A stretch of DNA of 60,806 nt, counting the filler, from Callorhinchus milii (Eukaryota): the NCBI RefSeq assembly GCF_018977255.1. It is 4 parts of 4 records of this genome, joined end to end, with 100 filler letters (N's around TTAATTAATTAA, not from the genome) between each part and the next. Parts side by side here need not be neighbours in the genome. Positions count along the whole stretch, not along the records: positions 20,781 to 38,705 come from NW_024705047.1; positions 38,806 to 49,880 come from NW_024705101.1; positions 49,981 to 60,806 come from NW_024705102.1; 1 more part is not named here. One strand, written 5' to 3'. Below are positions 38,211-52,520 of the stretch, in pieces (within the stretch, counting starts at the first letter, position 1; each line of letters opens with the position of its first letter). Both the position numbers and the translations under genes were made by a program. Below the pieces are notes generated by a model, which did no database searches, had not been told where the DNA came from, and saw only the letters and a list, made by a program, of their open reading frames with translations.

Positions 38211-38705
38211 GTTCACCATACATACATACGTACATTCTCTGGAATATAAGACACACATTTTCCAACCTTTTATATAATGTATGGGGGGCATCTTACTTTG
38301 CAGAGAGTCTCATCAACTGGTGAATAGGGAATAGGGTGCATCAGTGGCGAGTGGTATCCAAACCAATCCCGCCACCCCTTCACCTCTACCAACCTGCGCT
38401 GACAATAATAGCGAAGTATGATCAACCAAACCGCTTTCACTGACAGATTGTGGAAGAAGCCTTCGTTAGGTGGTCTATTGTATGTACGTGTAAGTATGCT
38501 GAACTTCTTTCGCACCGTACGTAGCCAACCGTGTTAATCTTATTGACAGAATGCTGTTAAATGTGTCCTCTTCATTATTCCTGTCGACAAATACGAGAAC
38601 ACAAAACTACCAAAAAATATCAAAACGTTACAAAAAAAAGAAAGCATGTGTCAGTCTCCCCGAGGCGGATTAAACCGGACCACTGATAAAGTTGTACTGT
38701 CAATG

Positions 38706-38805
38706 NNNNNNNNNNNNNNNNNNNNNNNNNNNNNNNNNNNNNNNNNNNNTTAATTAATTAANNNNNNNNNNNNNNNNNNNNNNNNNNNNNNNNNNNNNNN
38801 NNNNN
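38706..38805. other. Artificial contig linker N44-TTAATTAATTAA-N44
   Basis: Identical to the other two linkers. Confidence 0.99.
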
Positions 38806-41800
38806 GACCTTTGCAGGCGCCCGGTCTGGTATTGCGCCGGGAAAGGTAAATAGGACAAGTCAATAAGGGGGGTATAATAACGACGGACACTGACGCGAGC
38901 CAGAGAGGGTGTCAGCGGGTTGGCTGGATATAAGGTCGTACATGCAGGTGCGCCTAGCTGTCTGAGAAAGCTTAACTGCCACGAACTTAATCGAGGGAGC
39001 TTAATACACGGGCGCGCACGGCCCAGGATACCCGCGTTAGTGCGCTTCCTCGCCGTGTTGCGACGGTATTGGAGAGGACAGAGGTTCGTTACGTGCACTC
39101 CGTCGGTGCTCGAACCAACGTTTCTGGAGTCGTTACTGGGCTGAACCACACGCTCGACTACACAACAAAGCGCGCGAGGAGTACTGGCGGCATAGTAGGA
39201 CCTTACTTTGGCAACGAACACTACTACAGGGCCCGGATGAATGTGATGTTTTGATAGACTGGACGTGGGACATATGTCAGTGTGCCAAGCGACGAATGCC
39301 CGACTACTGTGAGTGGCACGCTATAGCCTGTGACACTTCCATGGACGCGATAAGAGAAGTTTCGAACACGACGATGAGTTTCGTAGTGTGCAAACCGTAT
39401 GGCGTAAGTTGATCGGTAGACGGTTAGCTACAGGGCCGATTTGCTGGAAATGGGTCCCAGTGAGTTGGCTATTGTTACGTAACGCTTTTGAGCCAGACAG
39501 CTACACTGATAAGAGATCCCGACACGTAGATTGGCACAGCAAGAAATCCTTTCTGTCGAAGGTGATTTAATGAGCGCCAACCAGGGTGCGTATAGTATGC
39601 TGTGAGTTAAAGTGTACCCTGGCGAAATAACTATGCTCGCTAAGGGGCTTCCCTGGTGTCTGCTACCATTCGGTAGGCCAGAGGCAGCAGATGCAAGTGT
39701 GGCGGATAGTCTTATGATGAAATAGGCGCGGTGCGAGACTAGCGCAACGGTCGGGGGGGCATGGGAAAACAAGGATCACGTTAGCAGTAGGGAGGCCCAC
39801 TCCCCTGGAGGATGGCTAGCTAGTTCCGTATCATCATTGTAAATGAATGAACTGGCATAGGGAAAAACTGTATGGCCATTCAAAGATTAACGTAATGACT
39901 AATAGAGGTTTTTGGCTGTCTAGCATCTCCACCTTTATGTCTTTTTTTTATCCATTACTAGGTGAAATTCATTTAGAAAACGATGGCTCGACCTAGAACT
40001 GCGCATGCCACCTATGGGTGCTGGCTAGCGTCCCTGACGGTGTAGGTATGAGCTCGGAACGCTGTCTATAGACGCGTTCAACAGCTCCTTCCATTAAGGT
40101 GTAACTGATAGTACATAGTGCGCTTTGTACTGGGGTTTTCGACATGAGCGAGCACATTCGTGTCATCTACGGCGCGGAAACGTTAGATGACGTACAAAAC
40201 GATGGACGCTTTATTGAAATAATCCCTACCTAAGGTATTAATCAAGTATAATTCGTTGCGGGCCTGGTAGACCTGTCGGTATAGCTAAGAGGCAAATATA
40301 GGCAAATCATAAGTTTATGTAGATAAACTATCTCTCCAGGCCTTCGTACTCCTCTAGAGACAGTAGTGTTGGCCTCTGCCAGGTAATGAGGGTATGACAG
40401 CTTCAGCTCGTTTATCATCGCTGAAAGATAAATTTCCAGATGCCAAGAAGGACAATACTAATTCGCAACTGGGACAACGTCAGTTACCCCCTGGAAACCT
40501 AGGCTGGACGACTTTCTGTTTATTGATACCATGTTATCCGCGGGCCTGGTAAAAACCATTGTAGCCGGTCTGGTGGGCACCAGGACCAATTAGCAGGGCC
40601 AGCCCTGCCTTGATGTCCATTAGTAGATCGTAGGATCGTGTAGACGTGCTCTTCAAGAAGCTGGCAGGGGGCTCTTAAGTAAGGTCGGGGTGTCCGTAGA
40701 GAACGCTTCCCGTTTTTTAAGTCAATTCTGAAATGGAAGAAACGGACTTCGGTGATAACGAGAATCCAGGGAACCTAGGAATCCGCACGCAGAAGCCCAC
40801 CCTGGCTGTGCTCCGTTTGTAAAGTCTGGAACGCACCTATCGGGAGCTCAAGAGCGTATGATAAGGTCGTTAAGGCTGCCGGCCGAGGGCACATCTGCGG
40901 TTAAGCAAAATCATCAGGTGCATAATCTGTTATCCTAATGTTGTAACTTTCTTCTGGCAACAGAGGAACGGTTCCTTTTCTGTAACATCTGTATCTCCAT
41001 TACACGATAGTTCAAAACGATTCGGTCGCATTCTGTGAGTAGTCATAACAAAACTCCCGCGATCTCGATTGCTTGCTCATAAACAAGCGCCATCTAGTCA
41101 CCAATAAATGCATCATATCGGGTTGCGTGTCCCCGGTAGGAACGCGCAAATATCCCTCTTGTCTAAACTTGATCGAGAGAGTCACATCTAGCCCGTCCGC
41201 GTCCTCGATTGGCACTTAAAGGGTACATACAATAACGCGGGTCCGTACCCCGGAGAGTCCCTAGCTATACGCTCAGCTCTCTTAGGGGAGGTAGGTCCGG
41301 CTCCCCTGCTTAGCACCGCTAGCACCATCTTCCACGTGTCACCGGATATCACGTATGACAAGCTGCATTCAAGAACTAACTAGCTGAGCCGGAAAGCCCT
41401 CCGTGATACAAGTTACGGATCGGGCGCGAGACTCTCGGTGATATACTTTAGTGTCCATTCTGTCGTTCCATCGTTATGCGCACAGAGTACGGATTAGCAT
41501 CCACTGTCGGGAAGGCAAATTTCGAGACCGAATCGTAATGCGTTGGCTCTCGGTAGCTACTCTTGTCAATACATGTTATGTATAGCCGGCTACACCAGAA
41601 CGTGCGCGGAGAAAGTGGACGCGTGAGACACAGACCCCCATCATGACAGCGCTGAAGAGACAGGCTTTCCCTGAAACTGAAAGGGATTTCCGCCTGCGGT
41701 CAGACGGTATACGAGACCGCGCGACTGGCCGACAAATGCGGGCTACTAGTACCTTTAGAGATGTGAGGCGTAAGCCGTGTTCATGGCAGTCGATTAGTAA

Positions 41801-44800
41801 GCCATTCAAGTTCTGGAACTCTGAAGCAACATGTTAGGACGGAACTTACAACCGCGCATGGGTGGGCAGACCTGTGATTCTCGCCCCACAGAAGCACTAT
41901 TTTATAGTCCCGGGATGAAGCAGATTGTCTACTTCAGCCACCAGGATAAACCCAGAAAGGTGTCCGTCGGTTGATTGCTCACTGCTAATGGCTATTTCCT
42001 CACTAATCATGTCTCCGGGCGAAAGGCCTGTGTGAGCCGTTACAGCAAAGGAGTGAAGACGTGCCCTCATTGACTACTAGCCTTTGGACTAGATCAAATA
42101 ATTATCCTACGCTTTCAATCAAGAGCTGTCTTGATCCTCTCTCGGACCTTGCACAATACCATGCCATCAGAAGCTTACGCTTGCTGAGCCCGGGACGGGA
42201 CTCACGGCTTGTGGAAGGTGGTATTAATTCAGACGATTTTTTATGGTAACACACCAGCGTTGTTGGAGGGCTGCTGACGTCTTAGGTCGTCACTGAGACG
42301 GGAATGGAAGAATTATTCCGTTTACCTACCTAGAGAAGCAGGCATTCCGCCAAAACGGCTGCTGTCAGGTCGACAGCAAATATAAGCTTGTCGTATAACA
42401 GTGCCACTAAAGATAAGACAAGCTAATCCGGGTAGCCCGCTAGTGTCATCTGGTACAATAAAGGGGGTAGCCAGCCACGAATCTGCAAATCCTCCGCGCT
42501 CCTTGGACCCTAAATTTACTCACGTAGCCGAGATCCCAAACTTAGTAAAAGCGCAAGAACAACAAGTGACCGTCTTGAACCAAGACCTGTGCGAGAAAAT
42601 CTTTAAACCGATTCCAATAAGAATCCTGGCGGGGGTGTGCACGTGACCACTGCCAAGCTCAAGTACCGTCTCAGAAGTCTAGTCTTCAGAACTAGATACT
42701 GTCATTAACGATTTCATGACTCAGATACTGGACCCTTGAGACAATCAGATAACTCCAAACCGTGCCGAGACTAGACTCAATATTATAGAACCAAGTTAAA
42801 GAACGTTTAATAGGCGATGCAGTTTCTGGTGAATCTTACTAGCAGTACGTATTCATCGGTTTGGAAAGACTCGATTTCGCAGTCTGCTAGGTCTGATAAT
42901 CTAAGATGGCTTACTCACAGTATGTCCGCCTTCTTTGTGCACAGGAGCAGTTGGAGGGCGCGATGTTTCTTTAATCGAAGCCGTCGAGTCCATTCAACTT
43001 CAGCCCACGGCATCTCAGGAAGGAACACTCTGTGTTTACCTGCAGCTGTCACCGTTCGAGGGGACCCACTAGACTCTTTTTGGAGGTGCACACGTGACCA
43101 AAAAAACTGGGGTACAACTGCTGTAAGCTTTATGGGACTACTGCAGCAAGTCGGTTGGCCCGATAATTGATGCTCACAACTGCTCACCGCTGGCTTCCGG
43201 GGGACACCCTAGGTAAGTGGATTGTTGTACATGAAAAGTAGTGGGAGAAACCGTAAATTGGAACCTTACGTTGGACATAACTACTGCTTTGCTACGGTTT
43301 TTCGCGGTAAACAATGGATTAAATCACGATCCTGGCTACCACCACCAAGTATTGGGAAATATTAGAAAGTTTCCACTTGATGGGCGCGAGTATCGTGTTC
43401 TCGTGCAGCAGTACCATGGGTAAGTCGTAATGAGCTAAAAACACGATGTCCGGATCCAACATTCCTTAAATTATACCTATTCGACTATATCTGACGTTCA
43501 TGGAAGATTCCGCTTCGAGGATGGCAAAGGAGAGTATGTCTCCCGCCTCGCCTAGCCCATCATGTCCGGTATCCTGAAGAAATCATGACTTAGTTGAACC
43601 TGCCTGACGTTTTCTTTGCAAAGCATCGACGCGGGAATACCATTCTTGACGTCATAAGGCAACGTCATGGGAACGATGAAGGAACCTCAATATTTTGGAT
43701 GTCCAGAATGGCACACCTGGATTTTCGTTCATTAACGGCAAAAACCCAGACACACTAGCGATTATGCAACACACTAATCTTGAGATTTCGGCCTGATGGA
43801 AACTGTAAATGCACTAAAGCCAGCGGGGGGAGCATTTCACGTCCTCAACGTGACAGCGAGTTATCTAAAATGAACCTAGTGTAATGTGGAGATGTTTGTG
43901 CACTTTCAGTTGAATCTACGGAACTCAGGAGTCCAGATATGCGCGAACAGTCACTTAGTATAGCGAGTGCCAAGAGACGTTGAACATAGGCAAAGGTGTG
44001 AGTCAAGCGCGGGCCAGAAGATGCTTGACGCTAGCCGGCCAACCATCATATTAGCCCATTCTTGCCGTGGATATCAACATGGCCGGGAGACACCGGCGGT
44101 CGAAGGGATAACTTCCAAGTGGGGAATGCACTGATCTCGTTGATCTGGATCGCGATGCGTGGCAACAACCCATACCCGGGGTACCCTCCGAATAAGTGTG
44201 TCTACAAACCGGGGATAACGCTCAGGGGGCGCGGATTGCATGCGGCAAACTTTAACTAATTCTAACCTCATTTCGTGATTAAGCGGCATTTAAGTGAACG
44301 GATCTTAACCAATGGGCCGAACGCGTGGTTAGGACAGACGAGGAGCTCTAATCGGCTATACATCACACTTGCATCCGCGATCATACGTCGACTCGCATAT
44401 TTGCGGGTAAAGCCCAACGAATTCTTCCATCCCGTTTGTTTTTACAGACTACAATCGCAGGCTTTGGCTGCGAGCCTAGCTAAGTCCGACTGACTGCCAG
44501 TATTATGCATCATAGAGGGAGAGGTCGGACCCAGTAGACGGGTGCACAGGCCACCTCTTCGGGCCAGTAGGCCGTTCGATCAGAACCCCTCCGGTGACTA
44601 TGTCTGTATTAAGTTATAGCCAAGCCGTGGTGGAGGGGGTAATGAGTAACCTGCACCCTCTATTCCAGCTGGGTATTATCCCCACCACGTTCTATCCATC
44701 ATGTTCGTTCGACACTGTGTTGGACCCCGTGGAGTCGCAAAGGCTCGAGTTCGTTTGCTTCCATGTAGGATCTTTACTAGCGACCCGTTCTCCGTACGCG

Positions 44801-47800
44801 CCTTGCATTGCGTTACCGTGTATTAGGGACGAAAACCAAACTCCGAATATTACATAAAGCTGACACCTCACTTGGTCGACGATCGATTCCAGCACAAGGC
44901 TTGATACGGCCTGAGTTAGGAGGATAGGATGCTGTTGCACAGTGAACACCCTTTCTAGCACTATAATTATGGCAATTGGGCTACGCCGGAGCACGAGTGA
45001 CCGCACCTACGCTTGACGGACAATAGGATACGTTATGCCGAGATTGCCCTTTCCAACTCCCCAGGGTGCGCTAGTACGCGGGATAAGTCTACTCTAATGA
45101 GCTAATCCACCCTATGTAGACGAACCGGGAACGTGGGGGCTGAGCAGCTCGGTGAGAATGAATCTACTAAGTGTCGCATGCGACCATCACCTACGCAAGC
45201 ATATAAGCTAAGTTAGGATGAAATCTTGTGTACGAAGAGTTCATACAATTCTCGTAATCACCTGTACCCCTTACTCTCTCGGCACCATTGCACCTTCTGT
45301 ATCTTAAGTGCCGTCCAGATCGGAGCCATTCGCCCTAAAAAAAAGTCTAGGAGATGCTCAATAGTACCACCTCGCAGACCTGCACGAGATGGCCGCCGTT
45401 ACATTGAGTCTTTGACGAGGTATAGGCTCGCGATGATGAAAAGAAGTGAGTCCCGTGGTCGTGACCATAGGTGTCTCTCCGCTCCCTTGCACGCTCCGAC
45501 TCAGCTTACAGTGACCGCCCGTTCTTGTCCTCTATCACTGACATACTCCGGCCCTCGTATGCCCATGCACCCCCGCGAGATCGGACCAGGGTTTAAAGGG
45601 CCGCCGTCTAACTAAACCGCCTCATGTGTTGCCATGATATTCGGGCTACATCTTCCGGTTAGACCCTTGACGGGGCATACACCCACAGGCGACCAATTAC
45701 AACGACATCAAATAAGTAGAGAGAGTCGCCTGTTGCGGTCGATAGACTCTCGCGGCCTTTCCGACAGTCGGCACACCCCGGAGTGCGTTCTATTTTTGTT
45801 CTGGATGCTCCAAGGCACACGGGCCGCGAACGTCTCGTTCTCCAAAGTAAGAATCCGCAAGCTGTCCACCATGTGGAGTAATGACGGGGCGCCGCCGCAG
45901 GTGCGTAACGTCCTCGTCCAGGTCTTGGGAGAACGGCAGCCCCCCGCCATACCAACCGCTTATCATAAGGGGACGAGTGGGCTTATGCCACACTACGAGC
46001 ACACCTCAATTCAGCAGTACTAGCATAGGCGAAAACAGCGGGTGCAAGGGATGCCTGCGGAAAGGTGACAGACGTGAATAGACATCATGAGTCTCAACTG
46101 CCGCCTCAGTAGCCATGGTGTAGCTGCGGGCTCTTGACCCCGGAGTATATTAAAGATTACCTGCACGCCGTAGGTGTGCTAGTCGGTTGGCAGATCATCA
46201 GGTATGTGACGAGTACACTGCCTGGCCTGGGAAACGAGGATTTACCGAGGGGGGCCCTGGGTCATAGGCGTGCCTCTTAAACGTACCTATAACGCACTGT
46301 CAAACACCGCTGACGTACTAGGCGGGAAAATGTGTCATGTGAAGCACATCTCCGGACATGACTTGGAAAAAGCTGTGTAATCCTGGTAACGGCAGGGACC
46401 AGGACCGAATGATGCTCAAGTTGAAGTTTGTGTACTCTACCAGTGTTAGCCTCTCGCATATAATCGTGGCAAGCGAACGTCTGACTACTTGACCGGAAGG
46501 TTAGAGGTTGGTCATGGTCGGGGGTCTCCCTTGCGGGTGTCTCACTTTACAACGGACTTAGTGTACTACCCCACGGTATGGGGTACACACGTAACTTTGA
46601 CGTGCCATGCCAACTTCCAAACCCGGAATTCGTCTGGCGGACGTCGTGCGGGGATTACGCCGAGATGGTGTCTAAACACATCTCTAATGCCTACCTTAAG
46701 TGTTCAATCCTCGAGCACTCCTTTAATAGCGCTTTACTAGGCCCTATCACCCGCTATCTGGACTCTGTCAGCGAAAATGACCCCGCTATTTAACAGGCGT
46801 GCTCGAAATACTAACCCCCACCATTCTGTCGTGAGATGTAAGGGCACTGAGAATTGATTTACCGTACAGAACCCCCTTCCTGAGTTGTCATTGATGCGAC
46901 CACATTACCAGGGGTGACTCTACCGGGACGCTAAATACCTGACCGCATCCTCAGTGTCGTCAGACACGTCAGCAAGCCGACGGCTATGAGTTAGTAATAA
47001 TTCGAGTATAGCTGAGCCTTGAGCCGTGATCGATTAGGATTTCAAAACAGGGAAATTAAAACAGATGACAATCTCTCATGTAATGAATCCAACAACCGTA
47101 GTATGAATCGTTCAATTATGTCTAATCAAGGCAGGTCGCTCGTTGGTGACGTCATTGAATGGTGCATTGCTGACCCCAACCGGTGCGATATATCATGCTG
47201 CTGTTTACGCACTTAGTTTTCGATGGCTTTGTGCTGCGCGAAGCATTAATAGATGAAATGGTAACGGTTCGTGTCACGGGTCAATTTGATCGGTCCGCAG
47301 CAGAGGCTTCTTTTGCAGGGGCTTCTGCCTTGATCTCTCGGAGGGGTTGGAACCAATACTCCATAGTGCAACTCCGCATCTTCGTCTTTGGCCAGCGCGA
47401 TTTAATTGTTTCCCAGCATGCAGCAAGGCAAAACGTCTAATGAGCCCTGGGTCCCAGAGGCCACCCTCCCTAAATATCACGGTCCGCCGGGACCTGCGTA
47501 GAAGGTGTTGTGGTCACCAACCGCTCGCCTTGAAAATCTGGACGCTGTTTTATAGCAGGGGGCGGTCTAGGCGACTCTGCCGGACAACGAGGCCAACGCG
47601 CCCACTGTAGGCCTCTCGATGATCCGGGTAGTGCAAAGTGTTACTGGTATAGCTCGAGGTTGAGCGACAAGGATTGAATCGTTACGACGCCGGATGTATT
47701 AGGGTGATTCTTCGGGAGCAGGGCTTCAATTGGTATTTTTCTCTGGACACTTCCAGTAACCCAGTCCATGGCATTAACGGGTGGGAGCCAGTTGGCAACA

Positions 47801-49880
47801 TCCGGGGCAACCTTTTGATAGCCAGAAAACGGGGTAAATGCGGACAAGTGGCCCATACGCGATTGCCATACGCACCTAAGTCGACATCACCTAGAGCGCC
47901 CGTGCAAGTCACAGCAACGCTCTCCGATGTTAATCCTTGATTTTGTTGTGAAGGTAAAAAGGATGGACGGTAAGACTTCTCGGAGATCTCATGGCAAGGC
48001 CGTTGTTTCTCGCGCACGATTGCACTGTTACACGTCAGCTTGACCTATCGCAGAGTTCCAGAGCATCAGCACATATCGCAGAGAATCAGGGTTGTGACTT
48101 TGGTGCTGCCCACAGCGACAGCCACGGTTAGTACGAGGTTTGGTAGAAGGAAAGGGCGGCGGGATTCTATTAGATGCTGCAAATTCTTCCGCTGACTGAC
48201 AGAGTCCCTTGACCAGTTTACCACGGTTGATGTAGCTGCTAACTAGGAAGGAGGCCGCCAATCCTCGTTATTCGCTAAGGAGTGACATCACAAAAGAAGT
48301 GTTCTTCTTCTCCCACCGCCCCGGTTGTGGGTTGGAGGCCTGCAGCTCTCTGCCGAATTTAAGTGGTCCACTACGACGTACAGCTCGCATTGAATTGTCA
48401 GTGATATTTGCAATGCGACGGCTGACAAACGGGCACGTAACGCGGCATTTCCTGAACTATGATAGTGAAGCTGATACAGCCTAAGTCTGACTACTACGTG
48501 ATAGTATCGTGCTAAGATCCTGTTTGCAAGCTGACTAGACGCAGTTCGGCGTCCACTCCGCATGCGGCTACCAGTAAGTTTTGAATCGTTAGAGGTCGTC
48601 GGATGATGGCTATGTTGTCGGACAACTCCTAGTATGTCCCACGCTAGGAAGCAAGTACAACATAGATAACACGAACAGACAATCGCCTGGTACAATGCGG
48701 ACGTAGAGAATGTGGTCACAATTACGCGAACTCACGATCACACAAGGAGGTGTGTTGAGCGTTTTGTTTCGCAATACCACTTGCCCGTTCGTTACTAATG
48801 GAGATTGCTAATACATCGCTCGCCGTGAGACTCCTTAATGTAGTCTCCGATTCTTAGATCACATGGGTATGGAATAGCAGTCGTCCGAGGAGATGAGCTC
48901 CCATGAACACAAGTTCCCCAGGGCTTTTCCTCCTCACATAACCCGTCGATGACGATACGGTCAATGAGTCTCTAATACTAACTCACCAAAGATATGACGA
49001 ACTCTTTTATTGTGTTTGAGAAAAGTGGGCTCCAAGATAGTGTGATTTGGAGCCGGAGTAAAGATTAGAATACCCCCAGAAAACGATGCTCAATTGTCTA
49101 AACATGAAGCTGCACCTGATGGCCAGCTTCAAGCGCTCTCCAGAATGCAGACAAGTGTTATCCAGTAGGCTATCTGTGCGGACATGGGGTTGAGCGTCGT
49201 CCTCACGTAAATAAGTACGGGGGGTAATAACGAGGGTGAGGTCGTCCCTGAGTCCCAGCGTCGTTTCGTACTCCGGTAATGCGTCAAAAATAAGTGGATT
49301 TCCCAGGGGACAGAACATCGCTGCGTCCTCATATAATAGATAGTCGAGACCGACTTGGTGCGACTATACCCCAGTCGTGCAAAGCGATCCGCACAGCGAG
49401 CACTACGGCTAGAAAGTTGGCGACCACGCGTTTGAATATAGTCATCAACGCTACCTCGCCACCGAGCTATTTCGGCCCATAGGGAGGAGCAGCGTTTTGC
49501 CGCCCATTAGCGCACAAGATCAGAGCCTTGCGTAACAGCAGCCCAGGGTCCATAGAGATTTATCTGTGCCTCCCGTCGTTAGTAAGCCCAGATACAGTAG
49601 AGTTAAGCCACTAAGAAACCCACATCCCGAAAGAACATGCTCAATGGCAGTCAATCATGGCTTCGATACTTGTGAAATTCCTTGCAACAACGCGAGTATC
49701 CCCTCACCTTTTGCATCATCTTTCCCTCCACAACATCTTGAATAGCGGCGACCAATTTTATGGACGGTTGGATACAATACCAGTACGAGGAAGATTTCAG
49801 TAGTAAAATTCTGATTGTAGCGCTCAAAATCCCTGGTATGAATGATTGCCCTCGATTACCGGCTACTAGTCGCTCTAGGA
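38806..49880. other. Featureless, random-looking 11-kb segment (probably shuffled or synthetic)
   Basis: Roughly even base composition; CpG, TpA and CTAG are all common; no microsatellites, poly-A tracts or TE motifs; longest fully internal ORF is 143 aa with no recognisable motif. Confidence 0.8.
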
Positions 49881-49980
49881 NNNNNNNNNNNNNNNNNNNN
49901 NNNNNNNNNNNNNNNNNNNNNNNNTTAATTAATTAANNNNNNNNNNNNNNNNNNNNNNNNNNNNNNNNNNNNNNNNNNNN
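49881..49980. other. Artificial contig linker N44-TTAATTAATTAA-N44
   Basis: Identical to the other two linkers. Confidence 0.99.
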
Positions 49981-52520
49981 GACTGCAAAACGTCGGCTCC
50001 CTCTCTAACAAGGCCCTGGGCATCAACGGTCTGATCCTTGATGAGAACGTTGATATCATGGACTTAACGGAAACCTGCCTCACCCAATGTGACACCTTCC
50101 CCCTCACGGAGGCCACACCACCCGGCTACACCTCCCACCACATCCCTCGCACCTACCGCCGTGGCGGTGGTGTTGCCCTTATCTCAAGGACACCACTTGC
50201 CCTATCCCCCTACTCCTCTGGCTCTTTCTCCACTTTCGAGCAGTTCACGCACTCCCAACCCTACTTCCTCTCACTCAAAATCCTCGTCCTCTACCGGTCC
50301 CCTAAAACCTCTCGCACTTTCATCTCAGATATTTCGACACTTGCTGCATTTCTCTGCCTCTGCTCTGATCGCCTCATCATCCTGGGCGACTTCAAACTGC
50401 ACTTCACCCACTCCTGTCCATCTCCTCAGACTTCCATTCCCTGCCCTCCTCGCTCAAGCTCTCACTCCACATCAACTCCCCCACTCACAGTCACGGACAC
50501 CCACTCGACTTGGTGATCACCCCGGGCCTCAGTGACTCGGATTTCACGATCACGGACAAGGCCGTCTCCGATCATCACTTCATCTCCTTCACCACCTCCA
50601 ACCCCCTCCCCACCTCCACCATACCCAGCACCATCTTCTACCGCCCCTGGAAGAAATTACACCCACATTCACTAACCGCTGCCTTGGAGTCCTCTGAACT
50701 CCTCTCCCTCTGGCCTGCAACCCTCACTGACCACTCTTCTAGTCTCACCCTCATCCACAACAACCTCTCCTCCACACTTGACACTTTTGCCCCCATCACC
50801 TCTCGTACTGTCTCCTACTCTCGCTCCTTCCCCTGGTTCACCACCCACCTCCGCTCACTGAAGAGCCAGGTCCGGGCCGCTAAAAGCACCTCCGTCAAAT
50901 CTTGCCTAACGGTCCACCGAGAAATCCGGCTGGACCTCCTCAAAATCTGCCGCTCCACTCTAGCCTCGGCCAAATCGTGCATTTACTCCAGGATAATGCT
51001 GGCGGCGGAGAACAACCCCAAGCTAGTGTTTTGTAACACATCCCGACTTCTCCATCCCCCCCGCCACACCGCGCAGGTCATCTCATCCAACCTTCACTGT
51101 GAGGAGATGCTGGATGTCCTTGAATCCAAAATCAAGGGAATTCGCTGATCGGCCAATTCCCCTCCAACATCCACCCACCCCCTCCCCTCCATTCCACACT
51201 CCGACTCCTACACATCCTCCCATACACACTATGGTACCCGTTTCCCCACCCTCTGTCACCAAACTCATCCTATCCATGAAACCTGTCCCTCTCCTCTGGC
51301 TCTGTTCCCATTCCCTTAAAAACTGCCACAATCACTCCCACCTTGAAAAAACCCTCCATTGATGCGTCGCAGGTATCAAGCTACCGGCTCAACTCCAACC
51401 TCCCCTTCATATCCATGGTCCTTCAAACAGTTGTCGTCTCCCAGCTGCGCTCTTTCCTCTCCACCCATTCGTTATTCGAACTCCCTGAGTCGGGTTTCCA
51501 TGCTGCCCATAGCACAGAAACTGCCCCGGTCAAGGTCACCAATGACATCCTGACCATCTGTGACCAGGGCTCCCTCTGTCTTCTGGACCTATAACGTTCG
51601 ATACAGTCGACCATGCTATCCTCCTCCACATCTTGTCCTCTCACCTCAACCTTCAAGGCACTGTCATTGAGTGTTTAGGTCGTAGCACTCCCACCGTCTT
51701 CACTTTGTTTCCATGAATGGCTTTTCCACCAGCCCCCGCACTGTCTCGTGCTGTGTCCCTCAGGGCTCTGTCCTCGGTCCCCTCCTCTTCACCCTCTATA
51801 TGCTCCCCCTGTGGTGACATCATCCGCAGACATGGGGTTAACTTCCACATGTATACCGATTACACCCAACTCTACCTTTCCTCCTCTACCCTCAGCTGCA
51901 CGACCACCGATGTCCTGACAGCTGCCTGTCCGACATCGAGTCCTGGACGAGAGATAACTTTCTTCATCTCATCGTGCGCAAAACTGAGGACCTCCTGATT
52001 GGCTCACGTCAGCGCCTCCGCACCTCAGGCGCTGACAGCATCACCATCCAAGGCTGCACTCTCCACCTCCCAAAGCCATCTGGAACATCGGTGTTCTGTT
52101 CGACCCTGAGCTGTCCTTTCTCCTTCATATCCGCGCCACAACTGGCACCGCCTTCCATCACCTCCGGAATGTCGCCAGACTACGGCACTACCTCACCGCT
52201 CACGCTGCTGAAACTCTGGTCCACGCCTTTATCACCTCAAGGCTGGACTATGGGAACTCTCTCCGCACCGGCCTTCCCGGCACCTCCCTCTACAAGATGC
52301 AGGTCATTCAGAACTCTGCAGCTCATGTAGTGTCCCGCACCAGGCTTCGGGAACACATCACTCCCAACCTCGCTCGCCTCCACAGGCTCCCCATCCCCCA
52401 GCGGATCGAATTCAAGATCATCATCCTCGCCTACAAGACCATTCAAGGCCTTGATCCCTCCTACATTTCAGACCTATTTTCCCCCTACCTACCTGCTCGT
52501 ACCCTCCGTTCCTCTGGCCT
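49981..52520 (+). mobile_element. Decayed L2-clade LINE ORF2 (APE endonuclease + RT), lacking its 3' tail
   Basis: LQNVGSL..LTET..RGGGVALI..ILGDF..SDHHFISF (APE); [43 protein letters not shown] (RT); IQNSAA..HITPNLARLHRLPI..RIEFKI..RTLRSS; many frameshifts. Confidence 0.95.

Noticed and set aside
38228..38310. pogo/Tc2-like terminal motif (TATAAGACACAC...GGGGCATCTTA)
   Set aside because: Only one degenerate end seen; no partner TIR or TSD
40258..40551. 12-mer GCGGGCCTGGTA occurring twice in the random-looking segment
   Set aside because: A few 12-bp matches are expected by chance in 11 kb; no third copy or regular spacing
42660..42790. Cluster of TCAGA/AGATACTG words
   Set aside because: Short, irregularly spaced and compatible with chance
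45226..48719. ORFs of 110-143 aa in piece 3
   Set aside because: Lengths expected in random ~50% GC DNA; no motifs, RBS pattern or operon-like packing
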